Shown: positions 38,924 through 48,423 of the stretch, piece by piece | Layout: every line of letters starts with the position of its first letter | Position numbering within the stretch: position 1 is the first letter of the stretch | Notes under the pieces: generated by a model | Database searches by the model: none | Seen by the model: the letters and a program-made list of their open reading frames with translations, nothing else | What the model was told of the DNA's origin: nothing | Translations under genes and position numbers: made by a program | NCBI GenBank assembly: GCA_039810125.1 | Contig: JBDHWI010000001.1 | Span: forward strand, 2,695 to 66,694 | Direction of reading: 5' to 3' | DNA length: 64,000 nucleotides | DNA from: Thermoflexales bacterium | GTDB lineage: Bacteria > Chloroflexota > Anaerolineae > J036 > Brachytrichaceae

Positions 38924-40789
38924 GTGCAGGTTTCGCCCACTTCCGCCAATTTTACCCGCCTGGCGCATTCTGGTTGGGCCGGCGTGGCGTTGGTTTCGCT
39001 TACGTTGCTGTGCAGTGTCGTCTCCATCATCGGCGCGTGGTGGCTAGGCGCGCGAAGCCCAAACCAGCCCATTGCGCGTTATTTGCCAACCGGCAACAGT
39101 GCGGTATTTCACGTTGCGCAAGAGGATGCTGGCCGGCATGTGGGTGGCCTGAGTCTGAATACCGTGCAACGCAATGCCGCATGGATGCTCAGGCAATCCA
39201 ACGCAGTGGTTTATACGTCGCTGGCGAGGGCGATGGGGCTTGGATCGGACGCGCGAGACAACTTGTTGGTGTTGTCGCGCGCCGGCGCAATCTTTTCGCG
39301 CAGCGTTGAGCAGGCAGAAATCGATGGCACGCGCGCCACAACGATCACGGAAGACAGTTATCTCTTGCAATCTGATGCGTTGCTGTTGGTGATGGAGCGC
39401 GCGTCTGGTGGAACGTTTGTATTCGTGCCGCCGTTGCCTGTGCTGCGAACCGATATTGCCGTCGACCAGACGCAGGTTACTGCCGGCGTGATTGCATCGT
39501 CGGATGCATCGATGGAGTTGAGCTACATCGGCGCGCTCACACTTGAGGCGCGTGAGCCGATGCAGTTTGGCGACCGTCGCTATGACGATTGTCTGCGCAT
39601 GCGCAATAGTCTGAGCATTGGCGCGCGCGATACTGGCTTCACGCGCACCTGGTATTGCGCCGGCGCGGGGATGGTGCGCTCGGAATTATTTTCATCAGAT
39701 GGCACGCGCATGCGATCCTGGCAACTTGCCAACGCAGAGGCAATTCCACCTGCGAGCGCGCCGCGCATGCCGGCGATCGGCACACTCTTGACCAACAGGG
39801 TGGACTGGCGCAAGCCGCTCACGGTGGCATGGCAATTCGACAACACCGATGGCGTCTCGGCCATCACCACTGAACCCATCATCGCCGGCGATGCGGTGAT
39901 TGTCGGCACGTTCACCGGCGATGTGATCGCGCTGGATCGCAACAATGGCAAGGAGCGCTGGCGCTATTTCACCGACGGTCCCATTTTTGCGCCGCCGGCG
40001 GTCGCAGATGGGATGATCTATGTTGGATCGGGCGACCGCCAGGTGCATGCGATTGACGCGCAGACTGGCGCGTTCCGATGGCGTTTTGCCACCCACGATG
40101 CGGTAATCGCGACGCCGGCGGTGTCGGACGGTGTGGTCTACGCCGGCTCCGAAGATCGCACGCTGTATGCGCTGGATGCGCGCACGGGCGCGTTGTTGAA
40201 TGCATTCACCACCGGCGGACCGATTGCTGTTGCGCCGGCGGTGAACGGTGACACGGTCTACGCCGGCTCTGACGATGGCGCGCTGTATGCCCTGGATACA
40301 ACTGATCTCTCTCTGCGTTGGGCGTTTGCCGCCGGCAGCGCTGTTGCTAGCGCACCGTTGGTGATGAGCGGCACAGTCTATTTCGGCGCGCGTGATGGCA
40401 TGCTGTATGCATTGAAGGCAGATTCGGCCAGCCAGGATGGTGAAGTGGTCTGGCGGTTGCAAGCACGCGAGCCAGTCACTGGCCGCATTCAATGGAAGGA
40501 TGGCGCGCTCTTCGCCGCTGCCGAATATGACTTAATCTCGGTGGACGCTGCCACGGGGCAGTTGCATTGGCAGCAATCGAGCGACGGCAACTATGGCTCA
40601 CCGCTGGTGCTGGGCGATTCCATTTTCATCATGACGGAAGATGAGATAGCGCAGTTTGACGCCGTCAGCGGGCGCAGCGTTGCCCTGTTTGCGCCGGCGA
40701 TGCAAAGAAAATATGCTGGCCTCGGCGCCGGCAGCGCAGCCATTTATGCGAGCTATGCCAACGGTGATGTGTTTGCGCTCGCGCCGTAA
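38924..40789 (+). CDS. membrane-anchored protein with an unknown N-terminal domain and a C-terminal PQQ-like (BamB-type) beta-propeller
   Basis: The stop is fixed at 40789, but the start is uncertain. ORF 38744.. runs through the groEL terminator hairpin. In-frame GTG at 38924 precedes the TM helix WAGVALVSLTLLCSVVSIIGAWW. Repeats follow of the type G.VYAGS.D..LYALDA.TG...W. Confidence 0.65.
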   Translation: MQVSPTSANFTRLAHSGWAGVALVSLTLLCSVVSIIGAWWLGARSPNQPIARYLPTGNSAVFHVAQEDAGRHVGGLSLNTVQRNAAWMLRQSNAVVYTSLARAMGLGSDARDNLLVLSRAGAIFSRSVEQAEIDGTRATTITEDSYLLQSDALLLVMERASGGTFVFVPPLPVLRTDIAVDQTQVTAGVIASSDASMELSYIGALTLEAREPMQFGDRRYDDCLRMRNSLSIGARDTGFTRTWYCAGAGMVRSELFSSDGTRMRSWQLANAEAIPPASAPRMPAIGTLLTNRVDWRKPLTVAWQFDNTDGVSAITTEPIIAGDAVIVGTFTGDVIALDRNNGKERWRYFTDGPIFAPPAVADGMIYVGSGDRQVHAIDAQTGAFRWRFATHDAVIATPAVSDGVVYAGSEDRTLYALDARTGALLNAFTTGGPIAVAPAVNGDTVYAGSDDGALYALDTTDLSLRWAFAAGSAVASAPLVMSGTVYFGARDGMLYALKADSASQDGEVVWRLQAREPVTGRIQWKDGALFAAAEYDLISVDAATGQLHWQQSSDGNYGSPLVLGDSIFIMTEDEIAQFDAVSGRSVALFAPAMQRKYAGLGAGSAAIYASYANGDVFALAP

Positions 40790-40801
40790 TCACCTCGCGC
40801 C

Positions 40802-42601
40802 ATGAAGACTATCTCGCGCGCGCTCTACACCACCGTCAGCACAATCCTTCAGATTGTGGTTGATGGCGCGCGCGTATTTGCCGTGGATGCACTGCGGGAT
40901 GGCTTCATCGATCTTCGCCCACTCGAAAAGGCGGGTCGGGCGCTGGTCGTCGTAGCGTTCGCGATTGTGGGTGCATTCATCCTCAGCCTGGTGTTTTCAG
41001 AAGTGTTGCGGGTGAGCGGGCCATTGCAGCCATTGCGCGCAAGCTCGTCTGCTGCGCGCGGGTTCATGGCGCCAGCGTCGGCTGTGCCGATCACCTATGT
41101 GGCGCTGGCGCTGGCATGGAGTTATTTCCTCACTGGCGCAGCGCAAACGCGCCGGCTGTCGCGCTGGCTTGCATTTACTGCATTCACCTTGTTCGGCATG
41201 GCTGCATTGGGCAACGGCATGTCCAACGCGCTTTTCAACAGCATCACACAGCCGGTTGCGGTTGCAGCCATGGTGTGGTTGATTGCCGGCGCGTTTGTGC
41301 TGCTGTTGATCGCCTATGCCGCTCTGCCACGCACGCGCTGGCCGCTCGCGGTGCGCTTCAGCCTCATCGCCACGCTGGTCACACTGATCCTTCTGCCCGC
41401 TGTGTTGCAAACTGCCATGGCCGGCAACCGGTTGGAGAATCAAAGCGTCAACGATGCAGACAGCCTGAATGCTGCACTAGTATTGACACGCGCACTGCTT
41501 GTCCCATTCCTGTTGGTTGCCGGTGTGGAGATGTACAACTTTGCCCAGGCGGTCAGTGGCTGGCTGGCACAATCCACCCGACGCCACGCGCCGGCGCGAA
41601 TCTCCCTTGCCCTTTTATTGATTGCGCTGGTGTTGCGCGCGGTTGGGTTGGCTCAATATCTGCTTAGCACGCCGCTGCCGGCGTGGCCCTGGCTGGAGTG
41701 GCTTGGCGCAGGGCTATTGCTGGCTGGCACGGCCATCGTGTGGGCGCATCTGCGACGCAGGCCGGCGGCCGGTGCTGTGCCGTTTGGTTTGATTGTGGGG
41801 CTGATTGTGATTCAGAGTGCGATGTTTCTAACCGTGATCCCACTGGAGTGGCTGGGCTCGTTTGTGCTGATGGTCTACGCTGGCGTCACGCTGAATCTGG
41901 AGGTTTACCAGAGCAGCGCGGCAGCGCTGCACCAAGGCGTGATCTCACTCTCTGACTTTTACAGCACCTACGCGCTGTTGGTGGTTGCCCTGGTGTGCGT
42001 GGGGATTAGCTGTGTTGCAAGGCGGCGTGGGCAGCCGCCGGCGGTGGCGCTATTCAGCGCGCTATTGGCATGGAGCATGGTAGTGCGCTGGCTCACGCGC
42101 ATCGACGGCCCGCTGGCGATTCTGCACTTTAGCTACGCCCATTTGGATGCGTTGTTGATCGTAGTGTTGATTGTTGCGACTGTCTGGCTGCTGATGCAGG
42201 GTGAAATGACACGGGATCGCGCGGTGCGATTGCTCGGCATCACGATTTTGACAGCGCTGTTGCACCAGACGGGTTTTCTGGACAACCCGTTTTCGCCCCT
42301 GTTCAGCGCCGGCGGCGTGCTGCTGCTGGTGATCGGCATCATCTGGAGCGTGCTCACCGCCGGCGGCCGCTTTCTGAACGCCGACAGCGCCGGTTTTCCG
42401 CGCATGAGCCGCGCTTTGATGTACTTTGGCTACATCATGCTATCGCTGTCAGTGGCGCACTGGTTCGTCGTCAGTCACGCGGTGCAACAGCAAGCTGCGC
42501 AGGGTGACAATACGATGCTCGGCTTCCTGTTGTACGGGTTGACGCTGGCAATGTGGCTGCTGGCGCAACGAGGGAGGCCGTTGCTGGAGGAGCAAGGCTG
42601 A
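40802..42601 (+). CDS. polytopic (about 14 TM) membrane protein of unknown function
   Basis: 599 aa, almost entirely hydrophobic helices. Starts 13 nt after the propeller gene. I recognise no family motif. Confidence 0.55.
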   Translation: MKTISRALYTTVSTILQIVVDGARVFAVDALRDGFIDLRPLEKAGRALVVVAFAIVGAFILSLVFSEVLRVSGPLQPLRASSSAARGFMAPASAVPITYVALALAWSYFLTGAAQTRRLSRWLAFTAFTLFGMAALGNGMSNALFNSITQPVAVAAMVWLIAGAFVLLLIAYAALPRTRWPLAVRFSLIATLVTLILLPAVLQTAMAGNRLENQSVNDADSLNAALVLTRALLVPFLLVAGVEMYNFAQAVSGWLAQSTRRHAPARISLALLLIALVLRAVGLAQYLLSTPLPAWPWLEWLGAGLLLAGTAIVWAHLRRRPAAGAVPFGLIVGLIVIQSAMFLTVIPLEWLGSFVLMVYAGVTLNLEVYQSSAAALHQGVISLSDFYSTYALLVVALVCVGISCVARRRGQPPAVALFSALLAWSMVVRWLTRIDGPLAILHFSYAHLDALLIVVLIVATVWLLMQGEMTRDRAVRLLGITILTALLHQTGFLDNPFSPLFSAGGVLLLVIGIIWSVLTAGGRFLNADSAGFPRMSRALMYFGYIMLSLSVAHWFVVSHAVQQQAAQGDNTMLGFLLYGLTLAMWLLAQRGRPLLEEQG

Positions 42602-42605
42602 AAGA

Positions 42606-43559
42606 TCAAAAAATTGCTGGCTGCAACTCCATCTCGAATGGCGCATCGCGGTCGCAGATCAGCTCGCCCCCCACCACCTGCAGCTCGGCCACTTGCAATG
42701 ACGTGCGGCGCTCGTCGTACGGGATGACCTCGTCGAAACGATATTGCTTCGATAGTGGAAACGGATGCGTGAAGTAGAAAATGTAGGCGCGCTTGCCCTG
42801 CACCAGCACATCGGCATGATCGGCGCGGTTGCCATCGTCAGGGCGAATACCCTTGCCGGCGAGGATGGTCTGCCGGCGCTCCCATCGCTCGCAATCGCTG
42901 GAGCGATACACACCGATCCCACTCCAGGGATCGGTGATCATCCAGTAGCACCCGCCAAATTGAAAGACATTCGGCCCCTCGTGCGCGCAATCGGTGATGA
43001 CTGGCCCAATGACATCCCAGTGATACAAGTCGGCGCTGTCGGCGGCATAGGTAAATGAGTGATTCGCCTCGTCCTTGTACCACATGCGCCAACCGCCGGC
43101 CGGCATGGGAAACACACACGCATCGATTACGCGGTCGGATGACAGCACAAGCCTCGACTCGAAGCGCCAATCCCACAGATTCGCGCTGGTCATATGCACG
43201 ATGTGCCGTGTGCCGGACCAGTCGTTGGGGATGCCAGGCACATAGCTGACGTACATGTGATAACGGTCGATGTGCCACAGCACCTCCGGCGCCCAGAACG
43301 TGTTGCGCCCGCGCTCAAATTCCAACCCCTGCAGCGTGCCGCGATACAACCATTTGCAGCCATCTTTTGATGAGGCCACACCGATGTCACTGCCATGCAT
43401 CCACGCAAAACCCGGACCGCCGGCACTGGCGCGACGGTTGGTGTAGAGCAGCCACCACGCTTGCTCCGCGTGATTCCAGATGATGGTCGGATCGGCAGCG
43501 CCGTCGTAGATCGGGTCGCGAAAGAGTGGCGCCGGCGGGGTATGGAAGGGTCGCGTCAT
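42606..43559 (-). CDS. five-bladed beta-propeller glycoside hydrolase (GH43-like)
   Basis: DPTIIW near the N-terminus, WAPEV, and repeated W..Y..D blades. The stop of the upstream enolase-family gene overlaps this start (ATGA at 43556-43559). Confidence 0.65.
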   Translation of the reverse strand: MTRPFHTPPAPLFRDPIYDGAADPTIIWNHAEQAWWLLYTNRRASAGGPGFAWMHGSDIGVASSKDGCKWLYRGTLQGLEFERGRNTFWAPEVLWHIDRYHMYVSYVPGIPNDWSGTRHIVHMTSANLWDWRFESRLVLSSDRVIDACVFPMPAGGWRMWYKDEANHSFTYAADSADLYHWDVIGPVITDCAHEGPNVFQFGGCYWMITDPWSGIGVYRSSDCERWERRQTILAGKGIRPDDGNRADHADVLVQGKRAYIFYFTHPFPLSKQYRFDEVIPYDERRTSLQVAELQVVGGELICDRDAPFEMELQPAIF

Positions 43560-44755
43560 GAGGCTACCAGCACTTCACCGCGTTGCACCGGCGTGCCCCA
43601 ACTGCCTGTGAGATACGGGAAGGTCGCTTCGAGGCCTTCGGCGAGCGCAACGCCGAGGCCAGCTTTCTCAGGCAGGTGCAACCAGCCATCGGTGATCGCC
43701 GGCGGCGCTTGCAGAATCGCCCATTGCAGCGGGCCTTGAATCATGCATAGTTCGCACATATAAGGGTGGGGCAATGCAGCAACAAAGTGCGCGTTCGCCA
43801 TCGTCATCAGGCCGTTGTGCCAGTTGTGCGGCATCACGCGCACGCCGTAATGCTCAGCCATGCGGACGATGCGCATGCCTTCGCTCAGACCGCACCAGCC
43901 CATGTCGGGCTGCACGATGTCATACGCCCTCTTCTCAAAGTAGCGCCGGAATTGCTCGGCGGTGGTGAATTGCTCGCCGCCGCTGATGGGCATCTCGACC
44001 GACGCGGCGATGCGCGCATAGCCGTCTATATCAGCCTGCGGGATTGGCTCCTCGAGCCACGCGAAGCCCAGCCGCTCCAACTCAGCGGCAATTGGCAGGG
44101 CTTGTGCTTCAGTCAGGCGCTGATTGCCATCCAGCGCGAGGTCGAACGATTTGCCGGCAGTTTGCACCGCCTGCGACAGCTCGCGCATCAGGCCGAGGAA
44201 TCGGTCGACTGTGACACCATCCCACGACCACTCGGTGCCGATGCGCAGTTTCATCGCGGTGTAGCCGGCATCGATATAGCCCAATGCCTCTTCGATCAAC
44301 TGGCGCTCATTCACGCCCCATTCATAGCGGCAGCCTGATGAGGCGTACAGCCGCACAGGGTTGATCGGCGCTTCCGTGCGCGGGCTTGCGCCGCTTTCGA
44401 CGAGCAGCTGGCTGACGGTCTTGCCGGCGACCTTGCCGCGAATGTCCCACAGCGCACAGTCGATGCCGGCGACAGCGCAGTCATGCGACGAGTTCTTGTG
44501 ATGCGGCAAAGGTGGCACAGAAGGGTCGAGCGGGTCACGCCCAACCAGCAGAGGCGCATAGTACTTCACCCACTTGCGAATTTGCTCCGGCCCGCCATAT
44601 GAGCAAGCCTCAGCAATGCCGGTGATGCCGGCGTCGGTATCGATGATGACAATGCTGCAGTCGGCCTTCATCACGCGGATGGCGCTGGTGGCCCACTGAA
44701 TCGCCGGCTCATGCATCCGGCTCAGGCACAGCGCGTTGATATTGGTGATCTTCAT
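43556..44755 (-). CDS. enolase-superfamily enzyme (mandelate racemase/sugar-acid dehydratase-like)
   Basis: ATG at 44755 (MKITNINAL). Motifs ALDGNQ, WLEEP, GGEQF and DIVQPD. Confidence 0.8.
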   Translation of the reverse strand: MKITNINALCLSRMHEPAIQWATSAIRVMKADCSIVIIDTDAGITGIAEACSYGGPEQIRKWVKYYAPLLVGRDPLDPSVPPLPHHKNSSHDCAVAGIDCALWDIRGKVAGKTVSQLLVESGASPRTEAPINPVRLYASSGCRYEWGVNERQLIEEALGYIDAGYTAMKLRIGTEWSWDGVTVDRFLGLMRELSQAVQTAGKSFDLALDGNQRLTEAQALPIAAELERLGFAWLEEPIPQADIDGYARIAASVEMPISGGEQFTTAEQFRRYFEKRAYDIVQPDMGWCGLSEGMRIVRMAEHYGVRVMPHNWHNGLMTMANAHFVAALPHPYMCELCMIQGPLQWAILQAPPAITDGWLHLPEKAGLGVALAEGLEATFPYLTGSWGTPVQRGEVLVAS

Positions 44756-44805
44756 CGCTGGGCCTGAGCCTATTACAACCGGCGCAGATGTCAAAAGCCG
44801 GGATA

Positions 44806-45708
44806 TCACTCCGCCGGCTTCACGGCCTTGCGGTTGCGACGCGCGCGCCGCAGGAGCCACACCACCAGCACCACCGGGATCGCCATCACCAGCAGCGCCG
44901 GCAACACCACGATCACCAGCCAAACCGCGATGCTCACCAGCGCCTGCAGTGTGCCGATCAACGCTTCGACCGCGCTCTTCACCACACCTTCGAGCCGCCA
45001 GCCGCCCACCTCCACTGGCTGCGCCAGTGCGTCAGGGATCAGCGTCACATTGATCGTGCTGAGCGCTGCTGACTGCGAGAGGTACTTCATGCGCCCCTTG
45101 ATCTGGTCGATCTGCCCGCGAATCTGCGTCAACTCCTGAAATACATTCAACACATCCTCAGTCTTGGTCGCGCTCTCCATGATCTTGGTGAGCTGCGCTT
45201 CGGCAGCCTGCAGGTTCTTCAACTGCGCGTCCAGATCGACAAACTCGGCGGTCACGTCTTCGCCGCGAACGCTCTCGCTCTGCACGCTCACCGCCAGCTT
45301 GCGGATGTCGCCCAGCGCCGCGTCGAAATGCTGCGCGTCCACGCGCAGAGTGATATGCCCTTGCATGTCATTGCCGATCTTCGACGTGCCGGATTGCACG
45401 ACGAAGCCGCCATACTGCGCGGCCAGCGCGCTGATGGCGTTGATCTGCTCCTGCGTGTTTTTGACGACGATCCTCAAATCGGCAGTGCGGATGATGAGGC
45501 GCTGTTGTTGCGGCAGCGCGCTGTCTGCAGTTGCGCCGCCGGCAGGCGCAGCGGTGCCGGCTGGCGCCATTTCTGGCGCTGGCATCGGCTGCTCTGCACG
45601 ATTCATCACGGCATCACTTGGGCGCGCTGCCGGTGCGCATGCCGTCAATGCGACTGCCATCAACCCGATCATGCCAATCATCGTTTTCCACATGTGTCTG
45701 GTATTCAT
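44806..45708 (-). CDS. DUF4349-domain lipoprotein with C-terminal TM helices
   Basis: ATG at 45708. Lipobox LTACA. Central LIIRTADLRIVV...ITLRV...F...L region, a coiled coil, and two C-terminal TM helices, as in DUF4349. Confidence 0.7.
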   Translation of the reverse strand: MNTRHMWKTMIGMIGLMAVALTACAPAARPSDAVMNRAEQPMPAPEMAPAGTAAPAGGATADSALPQQQRLIIRTADLRIVVKNTQEQINAISALAAQYGGFVVQSGTSKIGNDMQGHITLRVDAQHFDAALGDIRKLAVSVQSESVRGEDVTAEFVDLDAQLKNLQAAEAQLTKIMESATKTEDVLNVFQELTQIRGQIDQIKGRMKYLSQSAALSTINVTLIPDALAQPVEVGGWRLEGVVKSAVEALIGTLQALVSIAVWLVIVVLPALLVMAIPVVLVVWLLRRARRNRKAVKPAE

Positions 45709-45988
45709 CGCTTTCTCCCATTTGCCCTTTCCAGCGTGACGGGCTTTCAAGACTCATCAGATTTTCTACCTGCTTCGTTGACGCTGCAACGCGCCGAAAG
45801 TTCCTGCGCGCCCTGTCCGCAAGCGTAATCCCGTCGCGATGAGGCGCCATGACAGTGAGTTGACAAGGTGACAACATCCGCTGACATGCGCGCCGGCGAC
45901 GTCAGCCAGATGTCATGCGCAAACGCGCGGGTGGCTATAATCGTTGCCATTCCAAAGACAAGCACCCTGCGATGGTGGAGGTATCAAC

Positions 45989-46669
45989 ATGGCTTCTCTG
46001 CTCGACAAAGTGAGCACCCTGATTCAGGCAAATTTGCATTCCCTGGTGGATAACGCCCTGAAATCGAATTCGATGGCGGTGATCGACCAATATATCCGCG
46101 ACGTGGACAACAACCTGGATGCGCTGGAAGATGCAGCAGCCACAGTCGGCGGTCAGGTGAAGACGCTGGAGCGCAAGCGCGATGAATACAAGAAACAGAT
46201 GGACGATCTGGATCGCAACATCGACTTGTTTCTGACGCAGAACAAGGATGATCTGGCGCGCGCGGCGCAGGCCAAGCTGAACTCGGTGAAGGGCCTTTAC
46301 GATACCTACAACTCGCAGTTGGAACGGCAGCAGAAGGAATACAAGTCGCTGCTCGATGCGCGGCTGAAGCTGCAAGCCAAGCTCACCACCATTCGCCAGC
46401 AGCGCGAAGAGATGGTGGCCTTGCTCGATCTGGCGAAGGCAAAGGAAATCACCAACAAGGCGATCAAGTCGCTGGACGACCTCGCCGGCGTGGGCGATGC
46501 TGACGTGGCGCGCATGGCAGACTCCATCCGCACGCGGCTCGATCAGGCATCGGCACGCGCCGAGATGGCTGCCTCGAACCTCGATGCGCAGATGGATGAT
46601 GCGCTGGGTCGCGGTGAGTTGGATGCGCAACTTGAAGAGCGCAAGCGCCGGCTGGGCATCAACCAGTAA
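45989..46669 (+). CDS. pspA: PspA/IM30 (Vipp1/LiaH) family membrane-stress protein
   Basis: ATG at 45989 after GGTGGAGG. N-terminal amphipathic MASLLDKVSTLIQANLHSLVD and a full-length coiled coil typical of PspA. Confidence 0.9.
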   Translation: MASLLDKVSTLIQANLHSLVDNALKSNSMAVIDQYIRDVDNNLDALEDAAATVGGQVKTLERKRDEYKKQMDDLDRNIDLFLTQNKDDLARAAQAKLNSVKGLYDTYNSQLERQQKEYKSLLDARLKLQAKLTTIRQQREEMVALLDLAKAKEITNKAIKSLDDLAGVGDADVARMADSIRTRLDQASARAEMAASNLDAQMDDALGRGELDAQLEERKRRLGINQ

Positions 46670-46678
46670 CTATTTCGG

Positions 46679-46746
46679 ATTTTCGATTTGTGATTTTGGA
46701 TTGTTGAGGCCTGTATGCGCAAAACCCAAAATCACAAATCCAAAAT
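46679..46746 (+). terminator. AT-rich 21-bp hairpin between pspA and the next gene (attenuator/processing site candidate)
   Basis: ATTTTCGATTTGTGATTTTGG (46679-46699) pairs with CCAAAATCACAAATCCAAAAT (46726-46746) with one mismatch. The core is 15 bp perfect and the loop is 26 nt. Confidence 0.55.
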
Positions 46747-46755
46747 CGTAAATTC

Positions 46756-47610
46756 ATGAACGACCTGCGGCAGCGCACGCGCGGCAAACTTATTGAAAAT
46801 GCCATCATCAACCTGCCCAGCGCCTTGATCATCGGCGCTGCCATCGTGCTGGTTGGGCTGGGCGTACAGATTCCCGTGCTAGGTGCGCCACCGTTCAACA
46901 TCCCGCCGGCGGGCTGGCTCGCGCCGCTCGCACCGCTGTGGCTGTGGGTGGTCGGCTCACGGCTGACCAATCAGAAGGCCGGCGAGCAGGCCGTCAGCCA
47001 GGTCATGCGCGAGCAGTTCGATGTCAGCCACTTCAGTTCCACCACGTTGCGCGCCAATGTCGCGCAGGCCATGGCCTACCGCGAGCGCATCGATGGCGCC
47101 GTGGCGCGTTTCACCGATTCGGCCATGCAAAACCGCATGCAGGACGTGGCAAACCAGGTGGAAGCATGGGTGCGCAACATTTTCACGCTTGCCAGCCGGC
47201 TGGATGCCTACCATACCGATACCATCATCAAGTCTGATCTTGCGACGGTCCCTGATTCGATCAAGAAGCTGAAGTATCGCCTGAACAATGAGACCGATCA
47301 GGAGATTCGACAGGAGTTAGGCGAGACCATCGAGCGCCGGCAAGCACAGTACAACAGCTTGCTCAAGCTTGACACAACGATGGATCGCGCCGAACTGCAA
47401 CTGGAGAACACCCTCACCGCGCTTGGCACGGTGTATTCGCAGATGCTGCTCGTTGACGCACGCGATGTGGACAGCAGCAAGACGCAGCGCTTGCGCGACA
47501 ACATCCTCGATCAGGTGCGTTCATTGCAAGATGTGTTGACCTCGATGGACGAGGTATACGGCAACACCGCCGATCCGATTCAACGCTCCCGCGCCAACCT
47601 CGGCCAGTGA
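46756..47610 (+). CDS. 2-TM membrane protein with a long coiled coil; PspA-operon partner, paralog of 11406..12221
   Basis: Two N-terminal hydrophobic helices. The C-terminal region aligns with the 11.4-kb paralog (VEAWVRN / VDDWVRS; ELQLENTLTALGTVYSQ / EVQLESTIAAIGTIYSQ). Confidence 0.6.
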   Translation: MNDLRQRTRGKLIENAIINLPSALIIGAAIVLVGLGVQIPVLGAPPFNIPPAGWLAPLAPLWLWVVGSRLTNQKAGEQAVSQVMREQFDVSHFSSTTLRANVAQAMAYRERIDGAVARFTDSAMQNRMQDVANQVEAWVRNIFTLASRLDAYHTDTIIKSDLATVPDSIKKLKYRLNNETDQEIRQELGETIERRQAQYNSLLKLDTTMDRAELQLENTLTALGTVYSQMLLVDARDVDSSKTQRLRDNILDQVRSLQDVLTSMDEVYGNTADPIQRSRANLGQ

Positions 47611-47742
47611 CGATGCGATGGGATTGGCAACTTCCAGGATCAGCAATGGTTATCCTGTTCAGTTTGCAAATCCTGTTGGATCTGCCTCCGCTGTAATGCG
47701 TTTCTAACGGGTTTCGCGTAATCTCTGCGGGAGGAGTTTGCA

Positions 47743-48357
47743 ATGGATATTGCGCAAGGCTTGCTAGCTTTTCTTGCCAACCCCAATGTGGCATATGTGC
47801 TTCTCATCGTCGGCCTGGTTGCGATGGTGGTGGCGCTCAGTGCGCCCGGCACCGGCGTGGCCGAAGTAGCCGCCGGCCTGTGCCTCATTCTGGCGATCAT
47901 TGGGCTGGCACAGTTGCCGGTCAACATCGCCGGCGTCCTGCTCATCGCACTGGGGATTGGCCTGTTCATCGTCGATATTCACGCGCAGAGCAGCCTGCTG
48001 GCGCTTGGCGGTGCGATCGCGCTGGGCATTGGCTCGCTCTTCTTGTTCAGTTTGCCGACAGTGACGGTGTCATGGTGGTTGGTGGCGCTGACAACCGGCG
48101 GCACCGGCTTGCTGTTTGGTTTTGGCATGAATCGCGCCATGCGCGTCATGCGCCTGCCGCCACGCGACGCGCATGTGCAATTGGTCGGCAGCGCCGGCGT
48201 CGTGCGTTCGCCACTCTCCGTGGAAAATCAATTTACCGGCACCGCGCAAATTGGCAGCGAATTGTGGACGATCACATCTGACCAACCCCTGTCTGAGGGT
48301 TCGGAGGTGGTTGTCGAGAAAATGGAAGGCGTCGTGTTGCACGTGCGCGCAAAATAG
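47743..48357 (+). CDS. nfeD: NfeD-family membrane protein (no ClpP-like protease domain)
   Basis: GGGAGGAG RBS. 4-5 TM helices followed by a C-terminal OB-fold segment GTAQIGSELWTITSDQPLSEGSEVVVEKMEGVVLHV. Confidence 0.8.
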   Translation: MDIAQGLLAFLANPNVAYVLLIVGLVAMVVALSAPGTGVAEVAAGLCLILAIIGLAQLPVNIAGVLLIALGIGLFIVDIHAQSSLLALGGAIALGIGSLFLFSLPTVTVSWWLVALTTGGTGLLFGFGMNRAMRVMRLPPRDAHVQLVGSAGVVRSPLSVENQFTGTAQIGSELWTITSDQPLSEGSEVVVEKMEGVVLHVRAK

Positions 48358-48423
48358 TCACATGGACAAACTACGCAGGCCCACTGATGCCTGCATGGTT
48401 TGGCAAGGTCAGGAGGGAATGAC

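Noticed and set aside
44756-44923. N-terminal 56-aa Gly/Ala/Pro-rich extension of the enolase-family ORF
   Set aside because: It overlaps the 3' end of the DUF4349 gene, and the conserved MKITNI... N-terminus begins at the ATG at 44755.
45860-45920. Cluster of TGACA/TGTCA motifs upstream of pspA as a defined operator
   Set aside because: Four TGACA-type pentamers and a GCTGAC...GTCAGC inverted repeat occur here. However, the spacing is irregular and I could not derive a convincing promoter or operator geometry. It is left as unassigned control DNA.
45935-46630. 231-aa minus-strand ORF opposite pspA
   Set aside because: It is the mirror frame of the PspA coiled coil, so it is repetitive in L/Q/R. 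PspA identity on the plus strand is unambiguous.
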